A DNA stretch of 60,523 nt from Candidatus Zixiibacteriota bacterium (GCA_016235085.1 JACRMA010000002.1:50361-110883); one strand, 5' to 3'. Positions 20,843 to 30,670 are shown, counted from the first letter of the stretch. A program made the numbers and translations. Notes: generated by a model not told the origin, from the sequence alone.

Positions 20843-20871
20843 ATATTGGCACAGACGCCCCAGACTGTCAA
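20843..20871 (-). promoter_or_regulatory. candidate sigma70-type promoter for murA
   Basis: On the minus strand: TTGACA (20866-20871), a 17-nt spacer, then CAATAT (20843-20848), about 58 nt upstream of the murA ATG. This is a sequence match only. Confidence 0.25.
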
Positions 20872-20951
20872 GGTGCGATTGCGGCCCGCCCCGGCCCATT
20901 TCATTTACGTGGGGGAAGCGCTACGGTTATATTCGGATTGTGGGCACCAAC

Positions 20952-21713
20952 ATGACAACAGCAGATTCGCCGATTCTGATCTTTTCCGATGCTCATTTGG
21001 GCGCGCATGACCCGGGCCGGGAAGCGGTGAAAGTCGACCGATTTGTCAGCTTCCTGGAGTTTGCCGTCCAGATCCGAGCCGAGGTCTTCTTCCTCGGCGA
21101 TCTCTTTGACTTTTGGTTTGAGTACAAGCACTGGGTTCCCAAGGTCCCCGTCCGAGTCCTGGCCGCCATTCGTCAATTCACTGCGGGAGGCGGGACATTT
21201 CACATGCTGTTGGGCAACCACGATATCTGGGCCGCCGATTACTTCGCCGGCGAATTGGGAGCGACTATTCACAGAGACGATCTTACGGTCACCCGGCAGG
21301 GACTGCGCATCCTGATTTCCCATGGCGACGGCAAAGCCGGATCAGACAGGGGATACCGTGTGCTCCGGCGCATTCTTCGCTTCGGGCCCAATATCGCCCT
21401 CTACAAGCTTCTGCCCGCGGACTGGGCGTTTGCCCTCGCGAACTTCTCCTCCAAGCGGTCGCGGGAACTCACATCGTCACGGGAGCCAAAGTTCGTCGGG
21501 GAATACGATGAAGTGGCGCGGGCACAACTCGCCAGCGGCTATGACGCCGTTGTCATGGGCCACATTCACCAAGGTTGGGTGAAGCGCCTGGGCAACGGCT
21601 GGTGGGTCAACTCCGGGGAATTCTTCGAGAAATTCAATTATGTCCGGCTGCAGGATGGGGAATTCCATCTCGATGGTTGGAGCGAAACTCCTGTCAACTC
21701 TGCAGGCACTTAG
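20952..21713 (+). CDS. lpxH: UDP-2,3-diacylglucosamine diphosphatase (LpxH-type metallophosphoesterase)
   Basis: Motifs IFSDAHLG, FLGDLFDFWFEY and LLGNHD in LpxH-like spacing. 253 aa from ATG 20952. The upstream part of ORF 20625..21713 overlaps murA and is rejected. Confidence 0.75.
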   Translation: MTTADSPILIFSDAHLGAHDPGREAVKVDRFVSFLEFAVQIRAEVFFLGDLFDFWFEYKHWVPKVPVRVLAAIRQFTAGGGTFHMLLGNHDIWAADYFAGELGATIHRDDLTVTRQGLRILISHGDGKAGSDRGYRVLRRILRFGPNIALYKLLPADWAFALANFSSKRSRELTSSREPKFVGEYDEVARAQLASGYDAVVMGHIHQGWVKRLGNGWWVNSGEFFEKFNYVRLQDGEFHLDGWSETPVNSAGT

Positions 21714-23206
21714 AACAGAGGTCCGAGTTGGTCGATGGCGGCATGGACGCTGCCTACCACGACCGTTGGCTGATCGGTGCCAACTGGTGATGATGGCGGA
21801 GTCGTACACCAGACGCTGCCCCGCCCGCCCGATCCGAGATTCAACAAACTCGCTGTCCCGAGGCGTCTTGCCAGCCCCACGTCAATAACGGACCCTCCCG
21901 CCGCCACGATCATGTCGGCCCAGCCGCGCCGTTGTGCCGTGCGGTAAACAGAGGGCGTCGCCGGAACCACGAGAAACGGCATTTCAGCAGGGATGCGTCG
22001 TCCACGGAGCAGTTCTGCGGCCAATTCAATCTCGTACGGCAGGGCACCCGGACCGATGATGACGCCTCCGCCAGGCAGATCATGCGGCTCCCTGACCTCA
22101 GGACGGTGGTCGTCCGCGAAGACAATGACACGTTGGTCTACACTCCGACCTTCAATGAAATGCTCGCCATCGTAATCCGCGGTCCGGTCCGGATGGCAAA
22201 GAGGGAAATGGCCTTTCAACAACCCCCCGAAATGGCGGCGGATGACATCATCAAATGCGCACAACGCCGCCTTCGCACCAAAGGCGACTGCCAGTGAGCA
22301 CAACTTCACTTTTCGGTCCAGTGACAGGCGCTCGATCGGTCCGCCAAGGAATTCGACAATAGCCCCGGCCCAGTCGTTGTCGGCTTTCTGGGCCAGGGCA
22401 TCGGCGATTATGTCTTCGACTTCCATTCTTCCGGCAAGTTTCCGGGTCAGTTCGACCTTGACGACTCGCGGGAGCGAATGCGCCGATTCCTCATCCAATA
22501 CCAGGCAGGCAATCCCACCGATGCCCGGTGCAATGCCTGGCGGTCCGACCAGGAGCTTTCCCGGCAGGATCGCGTGCGACTCGATCAACTGCCAGTCAAT
22601 CGCGCCGAAGTCTGGAGAAATCCAAGTCGAATGCTGAATCTCATTGATCGGCAGGGCCTCCGATTGCGCCGCGGTGCGTGGCCAATTCATCTCAGCACCC
22701 GGACTCAATGCGACATACCCGTGGGGTGCATCCGGTGGCCCTGCCAGCCGCCAGTCGGCGGCAGTCACTGCGGTAGGGAACTCGGATCGGCAACGCTGGA
22801 AAATCTTCAGCGAAGCCGTTCGCGGCGTCGCCAGTGCCGGCGGCTCAGCCGCTGCTTCCCCTCCTGCGAGACGTAATTCGAGCTGCTCCAGCTTCAGGAA
22901 GGCCGGGCGATCTTTGAGTTCATACTTGCGGCGCCAGCTATAGAACGCCGCTTTGGAAATGTTCAGCTCACGGCCACACCGGAAGTCGTCACCAAACCGT
23001 GCCCACAAATCGGAAATCTGCTGGAAGGAAAACTTCGGCGCACTGAAGCGAGCGATGCGTTTCTTGCGACGCCAGTATGCGACGAGGTACTCCTGAACAT
23101 TGAGCACTTCGGCGATCTTCGCATCGGTCTTGTAAAGACCTTGAAGTCGCTCCAACTCGCTTTTGCGTGGGACTCTCATGATCCAAGCTGCGGCGCTATC
23201 GGGCAT
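21710..23206 (-). CDS. double helix-turn-helix protein fused to a degenerate (Cys-less) aconitase/LeuC-like domain
   Basis: N-terminus has two HTH-like segments (KIAEVLNVQEYLVAYWRRKK; GRELNISKAAFYSWRRKYEL). The C-terminal ~340 aa carry the aconitase-family core (GAIVEFLGGPIERLSLDRKVKLCSLAVAFGAKAA). The Fe-S ligand motifs are replaced (GPGAL for SCTN, VGLARRL for C..C). Alternative start at ATG 23177-23179. Confidence 0.8.
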   Translation of the reverse strand: MPDSAAAWIMRVPRKSELERLQGLYKTDAKIAEVLNVQEYLVAYWRRKKRIARFSAPKFSFQQISDLWARFGDDFRCGRELNISKAAFYSWRRKYELKDRPAFLKLEQLELRLAGGEAAAEPPALATPRTASLKIFQRCRSEFPTAVTAADWRLAGPPDAPHGYVALSPGAEMNWPRTAAQSEALPINEIQHSTWISPDFGAIDWQLIESHAILPGKLLVGPPGIAPGIGGIACLVLDEESAHSLPRVVKVELTRKLAGRMEVEDIIADALAQKADNDWAGAIVEFLGGPIERLSLDRKVKLCSLAVAFGAKAALCAFDDVIRRHFGGLLKGHFPLCHPDRTADYDGEHFIEGRSVDQRVIVFADDHRPEVREPHDLPGGGVIIGPGALPYEIELAAELLRGRRIPAEMPFLVVPATPSVYRTAQRRGWADMIVAAGGSVIDVGLARRLGTASLLNLGSGGRGSVWCTTPPSSPVGTDQPTVVVGSVHAAIDQLGPLF

Positions 23207-23435
23207 TTACAACCCGCGCCCGCCAAACGCCGTCAGGTATCGACGCTTAGAACCAATCTATCAGATTCGAGCGCCGAATTCAAGGCAGCCACGGCGCCAA
23301 GGGCCAGCGGTTGGATTACCGAAGTTCGTCAGAACCAAGCACTTGGCGGCACGATCGAAAACCGGACACGATTTGCCATAAGTCGCTGTCGCACAAAGCG
23401 ATCAATCCGATTTCGCAGCGAGAGCCAATCTGTCG

Positions 23436-23921
23436 TCAGGCGGACTTACGAAACGCCGCCTTGAGCTTCCGGCAAAGCTTGATAGTGTCCACGGAGACAA
23501 CGCGCGTGTCGAATAGGACGGGCATGAAGTTCGTGTCACCCACCCAGCGTGGTACGAGGTGGATGTGCAGATGACCGGCGATGCCCGCACCGGCCGCGCG
23601 GCCCAGATTCATCCCGAGATTCAGTCCCTCGGGCTTGATGGTCTCATTGAGCACGCGTGACGAGAGAGCGACCAGGCTCATCAGCTCATTGCGCTCCGCT
23701 GAACTCAGTTCCTCCAACTGCGCCAGATGACGATTGGGGACGACCATCAGATGCCCGGAATTGTATGGGTATCGGTTCATCACCACAAAGGCACGCCGGC
23801 TTTTATGGAGAATGAACTCACGAACCCCTTTGCGTTTGCCGGGTTGGCAAAAGATGCACCCTTCCTCTTTCGGTCCGAGGATGAACTCCTCCCGCCAGGG
23901 CGCATAGAGCATGTCGGTCAT
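23436..23921 (-). CDS. HIT-family nucleotide hydrolase/phosphorylase
   Basis: Histidine triad GHLHIHLVPRW, plus NRYPYNSGHLMVVP. Start at ATG 23919-23921 (MTDMLYAPW). Confidence 0.9.
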   Translation of the reverse strand: MTDMLYAPWREEFILGPKEEGCIFCQPGKRKGVREFILHKSRRAFVVMNRYPYNSGHLMVVPNRHLAQLEELSSAERNELMSLVALSSRVLNETIKPEGLNLGMNLGRAAGAGIAGHLHIHLVPRWVGDTNFMPVLFDTRVVSVDTIKLCRKLKAAFRKSA

Positions 23922-23976
23922 CGCCGCTGCCTCACGCGACGAATATAATCCATCGTGGCGCAACGAACCACGCGAT

Positions 23977-25341
23977 TCAATCGGCCCTCGCTTCCAGCAA
24001 CGCTACCGCCTCCACATGGGGGGTGTGAGGAAACATGTCGACCGCCGCCAGCGAGGTCACGCGATAACTCTTGCCCATCATCTCCAGGTCCCGCGCCAGA
24101 TTCGGTGGATTGCAGGAGACATAGACGATGCGCGCTGGACGCACTGAGATCAGTGTCTTTACAGCTTTAGGGTGCAGACCGGCTCGGGGCGGATCGATGA
24201 CGACGGTTGGCAGAGAAACTCCCGGCGACACACGGGCACGCAGGAATTCGAGCACATCGCCGGTGACAAAATCGCAGTTGGTCACGCCATTGCGCTCGGC
24301 GTTTCGCCGGGCGGCCTCCACCGACTCGGCGTGCGATTCGACCGCGGTCACCTTCCGGGTGTGGGGCGACAGGAATAGCGAGATAGCCCCCGCACCGCTG
24401 TACAAATCGAGAATTTCGTCGGTCGCCCCGTTCGCGGCCCACGATGCCACCCGGCCGAAAAGCTTCTCCGCCTGCCGCGTGTTCACCTGGAAGAACCCCA
24501 TGGGGGCAATCTCGAATTCATACGGGCCCAGCCTCTCCAGAAGATTCCCGCGGCCAAAGAATACCGTGCGCACTTCCCCGGAGGCGATGTTGGCACGCTG
24601 CGCATTGACCGTCCAAAGTGCGGTCGTAACCTCGGGGCAGCGGGTGCGCAGGCGCTCGCCGAATTCCTCGGCGTCATCCCATGGCCGGTCGGCGGTGATC
24701 AAATTGACGAGGATCTCGCCGGTGGCGACACCCAGACGTACGCCGCAAAAGCGCAAGAAGCCGGTGTGCAATTCCGGGTGGTAGGGTTGTTCATTCCTCT
24801 GGGAAAAGTACTCGCGGACAACTCCCGCAACCCTGGCAACCGACTCGTGGGTCAGCCAGCACTCCTCGAGATTGAACGCGTCGATGAAATTCTCCCGCGG
24901 ATGCAGACCCAGATGCAGGCCGGCGCCGGAGACTCCGCCAAACGAGAACTCCATCTTGTTCCGATATCGATAAGGCGGTTCACATGCAATCGTCTCGATC
25001 TCCGGCAAATCTTCGATTTTCCCGATTCTTCGCAACTGCTCGCGCATGTGCCGGACTTTGTCCGCCAATTGCTGGCCATATTCCAAATCCAGGAGACGGC
25101 AGCCACCGCAAAGCCCGAAGTGGCGGCAGGGCGGATCAACACGCTGAGGGGAGGGTGATAGGATCTCAGCGACTTCGGCGATCATATGCCGCTGCCGCCG
25201 TCCAGCGATCCTGGCGCGTACCCGGTCGCCGGGAAGTCCCCGGTCGGTCAGCACAACCATCCGGCCAACCCGCGCGATCCCGCGGCCCTTGTCGCCCCAG
25301 TCGTCGATTGTCAGCTCAACAACTTCGCCGACACGGGGCAT
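23977..25341 (-). CDS. rlmD: 23S rRNA (uracil-C5)-methyltransferase, RlmD/RumA family
   Basis: TRAM-like N-terminus (VGEVVELTIDDWGDKGRGIARV), Fe-S Cys cluster CRHFGLCGGC, SAM motif DLYSGAGAISL, and DPPRAG / YVSCNP catalytic motifs. Start at ATG 25339-25341. Confidence 0.9.
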   Translation of the reverse strand: MPRVGEVVELTIDDWGDKGRGIARVGRMVVLTDRGLPGDRVRARIAGRRQRHMIAEVAEILSPSPQRVDPPCRHFGLCGGCRLLDLEYGQQLADKVRHMREQLRRIGKIEDLPEIETIACEPPYRYRNKMEFSFGGVSGAGLHLGLHPRENFIDAFNLEECWLTHESVARVAGVVREYFSQRNEQPYHPELHTGFLRFCGVRLGVATGEILVNLITADRPWDDAEEFGERLRTRCPEVTTALWTVNAQRANIASGEVRTVFFGRGNLLERLGPYEFEIAPMGFFQVNTRQAEKLFGRVASWAANGATDEILDLYSGAGAISLFLSPHTRKVTAVESHAESVEAARRNAERNGVTNCDFVTGDVLEFLRARVSPGVSLPTVVIDPPRAGLHPKAVKTLISVRPARIVYVSCNPPNLARDLEMMGKSYRVTSLAAVDMFPHTPHVEAVALLEARAD

Positions 25342-25639
25342 GCGGAACGCGGAGGAAGCCGGATCGATCCTTCCCCCTGAAATTGGGCCCGTCGATTCCA
25401 CACGATCAAAATAGCCAGTCGCACCAATAATGCAAGCCAACCATCGCCTCTCGTTCAGGCTTGCGGGGTGCAAGAGGGTTGAATTCTGAACGCAGTTGTG
25501 TCGGCTGGGATAGGGAACAAAGAATTCTCACCCGGGCAACAAAAGTGATTGCGAAACTGACAGCAGGTCCTTAGTCTTGAAATCAAGGAGGCCAGAAATC
25601 GCTAAGAGAAGACGGCCATCACCGATTCTAGCGGGAGAG

Positions 25640-26485
25640 ATGTTTCGGCTCGCGCAGTCCGCTCCCCAGGGGACATACCCGGGCGCTACCCGGAAGAGGA
25701 TAGTCTTCGGCTGGTACGGGGGCAAGTTTAGCCATTTGGGATGGCTTCTTCCTCTATTGCCCGACTGCCATCACTACTGTGAGCCGTTTGGAGGTTCAGC
25801 CGCAGTACTCCTTAATAGGCAGACTTCACCCGTGGAGACGTATAATGACATAGATGGCGAAGTTGCAAATTTCTTTCGTGTTCTCCGCAATCAAAACGTC
25901 AAACTCCTCCGAGCTATCGCACTGACCCCGTTTTCGCGGGAGGAGTTCTACCTTTCTTTGCATGGAAACGGGAAGAAATTGTCCGATCTTGAAAGAGCGC
26001 GCCGATTCTTCGTTCGCGCCAGGCAAGTCAGAACTGGCTTGGCTCAAACTGCATCACTCGGACGGTGGGCAAACTGTAAGAATACGAGCCGAGCCGGTAT
26101 GTCGGGGGTGGTATCTCGCTGGCTAGGGAGTGTGGAAACGCTCCCAGAGATCGCGGAGAGACTTCTTAGAGTCCAGATAGAAAACCGCCCAGCACTGGAA
26201 GTAATCCGCCTTTACGATGACAAAAGTACTCTCTTCTATTGTGATCCGCCTTACCCACACGAGGCCCGTGGGGACAGCAAGGCGTACGGGTTTGAAATGA
26301 GCGATGATGAACATCGAGAACTGGCGGCAGCTTTGCACAGTGTCCTAGGACAAGTTGCTGTGTCAGGGTATCGTTGCAATCTGATGGATACCCTATACGC
26401 TGACTGGCGGAGGGTTGAAGCTCCTTCAAAGATGTGTCATTCCTCAAAGGGATCAAGAACGGAAGCGCTTTGGATGAACTACTAA
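25640..26485 (+). CDS. DNA N6-adenine methyltransferase, D12 (Dam) class
   Basis: Motifs GWYGGKFSHLGWLLPLLP, YCEPFGGSAAVLL (SAM binding) and FYCDPPYPHE (DPPY catalytic). The start is uncertain: ATG 25640, or TTG 25577 as in the ORF track. An AAGGAGG at 25585-25591 sits 6 nt before an in-frame ATC at 25598. Confidence 0.85.
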   Translation: MFRLAQSAPQGTYPGATRKRIVFGWYGGKFSHLGWLLPLLPDCHHYCEPFGGSAAVLLNRQTSPVETYNDIDGEVANFFRVLRNQNVKLLRAIALTPFSREEFYLSLHGNGKKLSDLERARRFFVRARQVRTGLAQTASLGRWANCKNTSRAGMSGVVSRWLGSVETLPEIAERLLRVQIENRPALEVIRLYDDKSTLFYCDPPYPHEARGDSKAYGFEMSDDEHRELAAALHSVLGQVAVSGYRCNLMDTLYADWRRVEAPSKMCHSSKGSRTEALWMNY

Positions 26486-26500
26486 GCACTGCCCCGGTAC

Positions 26501-27616
26501 ATGACAAGGACCCAAGCCGAAAAATTGCTCACAAAGGCGAAGTCGATCTTGGACGACTGGTGGAATCAAGTCAGTTCATCCGCTGCGACCGGTGAACTTG
26601 AAGACGCTATTGAAGACACCGAGTTGAGAGAGGCTGTTCAGAGATCACTTCGGTCAAAGACCAAGACTTACCGGTATGTTCTCCCCACTCAGATCCTCGC
26701 AAAACTCGCCAAGCACACTTTGGACTGCAGATCCCTTCAAGTCGCAGACCGTAGGAGGGGTGCATTCGATGCACGAAGCCTTGCACAGACTATTATTGTC
26801 CCATTCGATGCCGCCAATAACAGAGTCCTCGGTGGATCACCGGAACCATATGTAAACAACCCGCTTCGAGTTCCGAGTATCTCACAACAATATTCGAAAC
26901 CACAGAAGGACAAACAGGGCTGGGCGGACCTCTGTCTCGTTCTCGATACAGTACAACGAAAGAATGACAAACAATTCACCGAAACTGTATTCCGACAGGT
27001 CCTGGTGGAAATCTACAGGAGTTTAGCCGAAGCATCAGTCAGCTACTCGGTTCCAATCCGAGTGAGTCTCGAAAGTACTCTCTCGACAATCTCCGGGTTT
27101 CTCACCGAGAAATCAGGCGGCGATAGAGAACAGGCCGTAGCTGGAGCGCTTTTCTGCATAATTGGGGAGCGCTTCGGACTTTACAAAACGGTGCGAAGGG
27201 CACCCATCAACGCGTCAGATAAGGCATCGGGCCTGGTGGCCGACCTAGAGTGTGTCTCGGAGCTTTCTACCGTGGAATTGGCTGTCGAAGTCAAAGACCG
27301 GGAGATCACTGTCGCGCACATTGAAGGCAAACTGCGGAATGCAAGGTCCATGAAGGTCTCTGAGATTCTATTTGTGGCACAGAAGGGACTCGCACCGACC
27401 GAAGCTCAAGAGATCCCTCCACGTGTAGAGAGTGAATTTGCAAGCGGTCAGAACGTGTACATCCTCGACTTGGCAACGCTGGCAAAGGTCACGCTCTCAT
27501 TGACAGGCGAAGCATGGCGCCCACGTTTTCTTGCCGAAGTAGGGAAACAACTGGATCAGTATAACTCGGACATCCGGCACCGTCGAGCATGGGCAAAGCT
27601 GCTGGCCCAGCTGTAA
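26501..27616 (+). CDS. uncharacterised protein, candidate type II restriction endonuclease partner (PD-(D/E)xK-like)
   Basis: 371-aa ORF starting 15 nt after the methyltransferase stop, with the same lowered GC. A possible nuclease core is ADLEC...VELAVEVKD (D...E-x-K). I could not assign a family by eye. Confidence 0.5.
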   Translation: MTRTQAEKLLTKAKSILDDWWNQVSSSAATGELEDAIEDTELREAVQRSLRSKTKTYRYVLPTQILAKLAKHTLDCRSLQVADRRRGAFDARSLAQTIIVPFDAANNRVLGGSPEPYVNNPLRVPSISQQYSKPQKDKQGWADLCLVLDTVQRKNDKQFTETVFRQVLVEIYRSLAEASVSYSVPIRVSLESTLSTISGFLTEKSGGDREQAVAGALFCIIGERFGLYKTVRRAPINASDKASGLVADLECVSELSTVELAVEVKDREITVAHIEGKLRNARSMKVSEILFVAQKGLAPTEAQEIPPRVESEFASGQNVYILDLATLAKVTLSLTGEAWRPRFLAEVGKQLDQYNSDIRHRRAWAKLLAQL

Positions 27617-27647
27617 CTGTTCGGAACCCCACTGAGCATCAATTCAT

Positions 27648-29975
27648 TCACGCGTCGCAAGGTTTGAACCGCCGCAGTCGCAGCGAATTCGACAAGACGA
27701 ACACCGAGGAGAAGGCCATCGTGGCCGCGGCAATCATCGGTGATAACAGGAAGCCAAATGCCGGATACAGCACACCCGCAGCCACCGGTATCGCTGCCAC
27801 GTTGTAAATGAACGCCCAGAAGAGATTGCCGCGGATCGTCGCCAGCGTGCGCTTGCCGAGATCAACGCCATCGGCAATGGCCCCCGCACGCGTACCCAGA
27901 ACTGTGATATCAGCCGCTTCCTTGGCAACATCGGTGCCCGTGCCAATCGCAATCCCCAAGTCAGCCGCCGCCAGAGCCGGCGCATCATTGATACCATCGC
28001 CAACCATCGCCACGCGATGACCGGCCTTCTGCCTCTCCTGCACGACGCGAAGTTTGTCCGCCGGTTGCACTTCGGCAATTGTCTCGTCAACTCCGAGATC
28101 CCGGCCGGCGAATTCCACGCTCTTGCGGCGGTCGCCCGACAGGAGCACAACGCGCCAGCCATGCTTCTTGAGGCGCTGCACCGCTTCACGGGCGCCGGGT
28201 TTGAGTTGATCGCCGACAGCGAACGCCCCAACAGGTCTACCGTCCCTCTGTACTACTGCCACGCTATGGCCCGACTGATCCCATTCGCGGAGTCTCTTGG
28301 CGAGTTCGTCCTCGTGGGTGCCGTCGCCCATCAACCAAGCGGGGCTGCCAATACGCCAGATGATTCCGTCGATTCTTGCCTCAACACCCTTGCCGGGCAG
28401 GGCCTGAAAGTCGGCGGCAACTCCTGTTTGGGAAACATCCTCGCGTTGCGCGCGCGACAGTATTGGCCGCGCCAGCGGATGCTCCGACTGCTCTTCGATT
28501 GCCAAGATCGCCGGCCAGAAATCCGCGGCAGCATACGCTTGAGAATACCACTCGCCGACAACAGTCGCTTCTCCGGCGGTCACCGTCCCGGTTTTGTCGA
28601 GAATGATTGTATCGATCTTTGCCAGCGATTCCAACGCAGAGGCATTCTTGAACAGCAAACCGAGCTGACTCCCGCGGCCGGTACCGACCATGATTGCGGC
28701 CGGAGTTGCCAGACCGAGCGCACACGGACAGGCGACGATCAGGACGGCAACGGCGTTGATCATTGCCCGCAAGAATCGCGGTTCAGGACCCCAGATTGCC
28801 CAAACCACAAATGTGAGGACGGCAATCCCAATCACGACCGGGACAAACACCGACGCAATTCGGTCAACCAGCTTCTGTATCTGTGGCTTGCTGCCCTGCG
28901 CCTCACTGACGAGCCGCGCAATCTGTGCGAGAACCGTGTCGGCGCCGAGCTTATCGACGCGAAACGTAATGGAACCAGTCGTGTTGATTGTTCCGCCGAC
29001 AACGCGATCACCAACGCCTTTGGCTACGGGGAGCGGCTCACCCGTGATCATCGATTCGTCAACCGCTGAAGACCCGAGGAAGACCGGACCATCGGCGGGA
29101 ACACGCTCGCCGGGACGCAGTATGACCTCATCGCCGAGCATTAACCCCGACGTTTCGATCTCCACTACCTTCCCGTCGCGGCGCACCCTCGCCTTGGGCG
29201 GACGAAGTTGCAGCAATCCACGAATCGCATCGCGCGCCTTGCCCTTGGCGCGCACTTCCATCCAGCGGCCGGCAAGGATCAGCGTGACGATCATCGCCGC
29301 CGTCTCATAGTAGATGGAAACTTCCCAGCCCACCGGAGTGAGCGTCTCGGGCGCTATCGTTACAGCCAGGCTGAACAGGTATGCGGTGAGAGTGCCGGCG
29401 GATATCAGCGTGTTCATGTCGGCCCGGCCGTGCTTGAGCATTTGCCACATGCCCAAGTGAAACGGCCAGCCGGCCCACCACACAACGGGCGTCGCCAGCA
29501 GCAATGACAGCCAGGCACTGAAGGTGTGGGCGATCATGACACCCGGGATCGCGTGGCTCATCCCGAGGAACATGAGCGGAAGACTCAGGACCGCGGATAT
29601 GAGAAACCGTCGCCGGTAGTCAGTCAGTTCGGCGTGTTGCGCACGATCGATGAAGTCGGTAAGATTGGCGTTCCCGGATTCTCCCCCGCGCTGCGCGACC
29701 GCGTCCCTGGCGAATTCACTCGGCAGGATCAGCTTGTACCCCGCCACCCTGACGGCTGATTCCATTTTCTCCAGCGGCCGATCCTGACTGCCGAATTCAA
29801 CTGTCGCGGTCGAGTCGGCCAGATTCACGCTCGCACGAACGACGCCGTCGACCGACGACAGCGCCTTCTCCACGTTCAGCACACAGCTCGCGCAGTGCAT
29901 CCCGAGCACGGGGAATGTCTCACCCGTGAGGGGTTCCTTCCTGGGAGTCTTGCCGATTTGTATCAGTTCATCCAT
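27648..29975 (-). CDS. copA: copper-translocating P1B-type ATPase
   Basis: HMA motif [11 protein letters not shown] motif [11 protein letters not shown], phosphorylation site DKTGTVT, and hinge GDGINDAP. Start at ATG 29973-29975 (MDELIQ). Confidence 0.93.
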   Translation of the reverse strand: MDELIQIGKTPRKEPLTGETFPVLGMHCASCVLNVEKALSSVDGVVRASVNLADSTATVEFGSQDRPLEKMESAVRVAGYKLILPSEFARDAVAQRGGESGNANLTDFIDRAQHAELTDYRRRFLISAVLSLPLMFLGMSHAIPGVMIAHTFSAWLSLLLATPVVWWAGWPFHLGMWQMLKHGRADMNTLISAGTLTAYLFSLAVTIAPETLTPVGWEVSIYYETAAMIVTLILAGRWMEVRAKGKARDAIRGLLQLRPPKARVRRDGKVVEIETSGLMLGDEVILRPGERVPADGPVFLGSSAVDESMITGEPLPVAKGVGDRVVGGTINTTGSITFRVDKLGADTVLAQIARLVSEAQGSKPQIQKLVDRIASVFVPVVIGIAVLTFVVWAIWGPEPRFLRAMINAVAVLIVACPCALGLATPAAIMVGTGRGSQLGLLFKNASALESLAKIDTIILDKTGTVTAGEATVVGEWYSQAYAAADFWPAILAIEEQSEHPLARPILSRAQREDVSQTGVAADFQALPGKGVEARIDGIIWRIGSPAWLMGDGTHEDELAKRLREWDQSGHSVAVVQRDGRPVGAFAVGDQLKPGAREAVQRLKKHGWRVVLLSGDRRKSVEFAGRDLGVDETIAEVQPADKLRVVQERQKAGHRVAMVGDGINDAPALAAADLGIAIGTGTDVAKEAADITVLGTRAGAIADGVDLGKRTLATIRGNLFWAFIYNVAAIPVAAGVLYPAFGFLLSPMIAAATMAFSSVFVLSNSLRLRRFKPCDA

Positions 29976-30044
29976 CAGCCACACTTCGTCATTGTGCACC
30001 CCGCTGCCAGCGGATGCGCTGCCGCAACCGGGCATCAAGCCAAA

Positions 30045-30440
30045 TCAGATACGCTTGGCGATTCCCGAGATGAGCGACTCGGCTTCATCAGCCAAGGGCG
30101 CGATGTCGGTGCGTCCGGAAATCGAGAATTGCGCCTTGGGAGACAGAAACGCCACCGTAGCCGTCTTATCATCGTTCTCGTAAACGATCACATTGCACGG
30201 CAAGAGCAAACCAATCTCGGTCTCCGCCAGAAGCGCCTTCGATGCCAGTTGCGGGTTGCAGGCACCGAGGATCACGTAACGGCGAAAATCCAGATCGATC
30301 TTCTTCTTCAATGTGCCCTTGACGTCGATCTCCGTCAGGATTCCGAAGCCATCCTTCTTCAACTCATCGGTCGTCTTGGCAACGGCCTGGTCGAAGGAGA
30401 GGCTCGTCTTGACCGAGTATCCGTAATTTGTCTTCTTCAT
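30045..30440 (-). CDS. DUF302 domain protein
   Basis: 131 aa from MKKTNYGY, with GFGILTEIDVKGTLKKK...YVILGACNP...LLPCNVIVYE typical of DUF302. Immediately upstream of copA. The rest of ORF 30045..30731 is rejected. Confidence 0.85.
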   Translation of the reverse strand: MKKTNYGYSVKTSLSFDQAVAKTTDELKKDGFGILTEIDVKGTLKKKIDLDFRRYVILGACNPQLASKALLAETEIGLLLPCNVIVYENDDKTATVAFLSPKAQFSISGRTDIAPLADEAESLISGIAKRI

Positions 30441-30483
30441 CGTTCGCCTCCATTCGGTAGACTCCCAAGATACCATGGCATCT

Positions 30484-30497
30484 GGTTGCCGGCAACC
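30484..30497. promoter_or_regulatory. perfect 14-bp palindrome GGTTGCCGGCAACC upstream of the DUF302-copA pair (candidate operator)
   Basis: Self-complementary 14-mer lying 44-57 nt upstream of the DUF302 ATG (30440). There is no regulator gene adjacent. Confidence 0.3.
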
Positions 30498-30574
30498 CGG
30501 CCCCGAGTGGTATCCATACGAGCCGGAACCGCATTTCAGGGGGATTCGGTCCTGTCTCCGATGACATTTTCTCA

Positions 30575-30607
30575 GGAGAAAAGCCAAGGGGCTGAAAGCC
30601 CCTTGGC
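30575..30607 (-). terminator. intrinsic terminator downstream of the transsulfuration operon
   Basis: Minus strand reads GCCAAGGGGC-TTTCA-GCCCCTTGGC followed by TTTTCTCC. This is a perfect 10-bp GC-rich stem plus a U-tract. Confidence 0.65.
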
Positions 30608-30670
30608 CGCAATCCGACGTGCACACGGCGGGACGCCAGGATGTGTGCGCACCGCGCGCCGGACGGGATT

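Noticed and set aside
20625-20951. N-terminal extension of the LpxH ORF
   Set aside because: It overlaps the murA 5' end and the divergent promoter region. The LpxH metallophosphoesterase motif I (DAH) follows directly after ATG 20952.
22880-23206. IS3-like transposase OrfA (HTH ...ISKAAFYSWRRKYEL...) implying an insertion sequence
   Set aside because: The ORF continues in frame into an aconitase-like domain. No DDE transposase, frameshift site or terminal inverted repeats are present.
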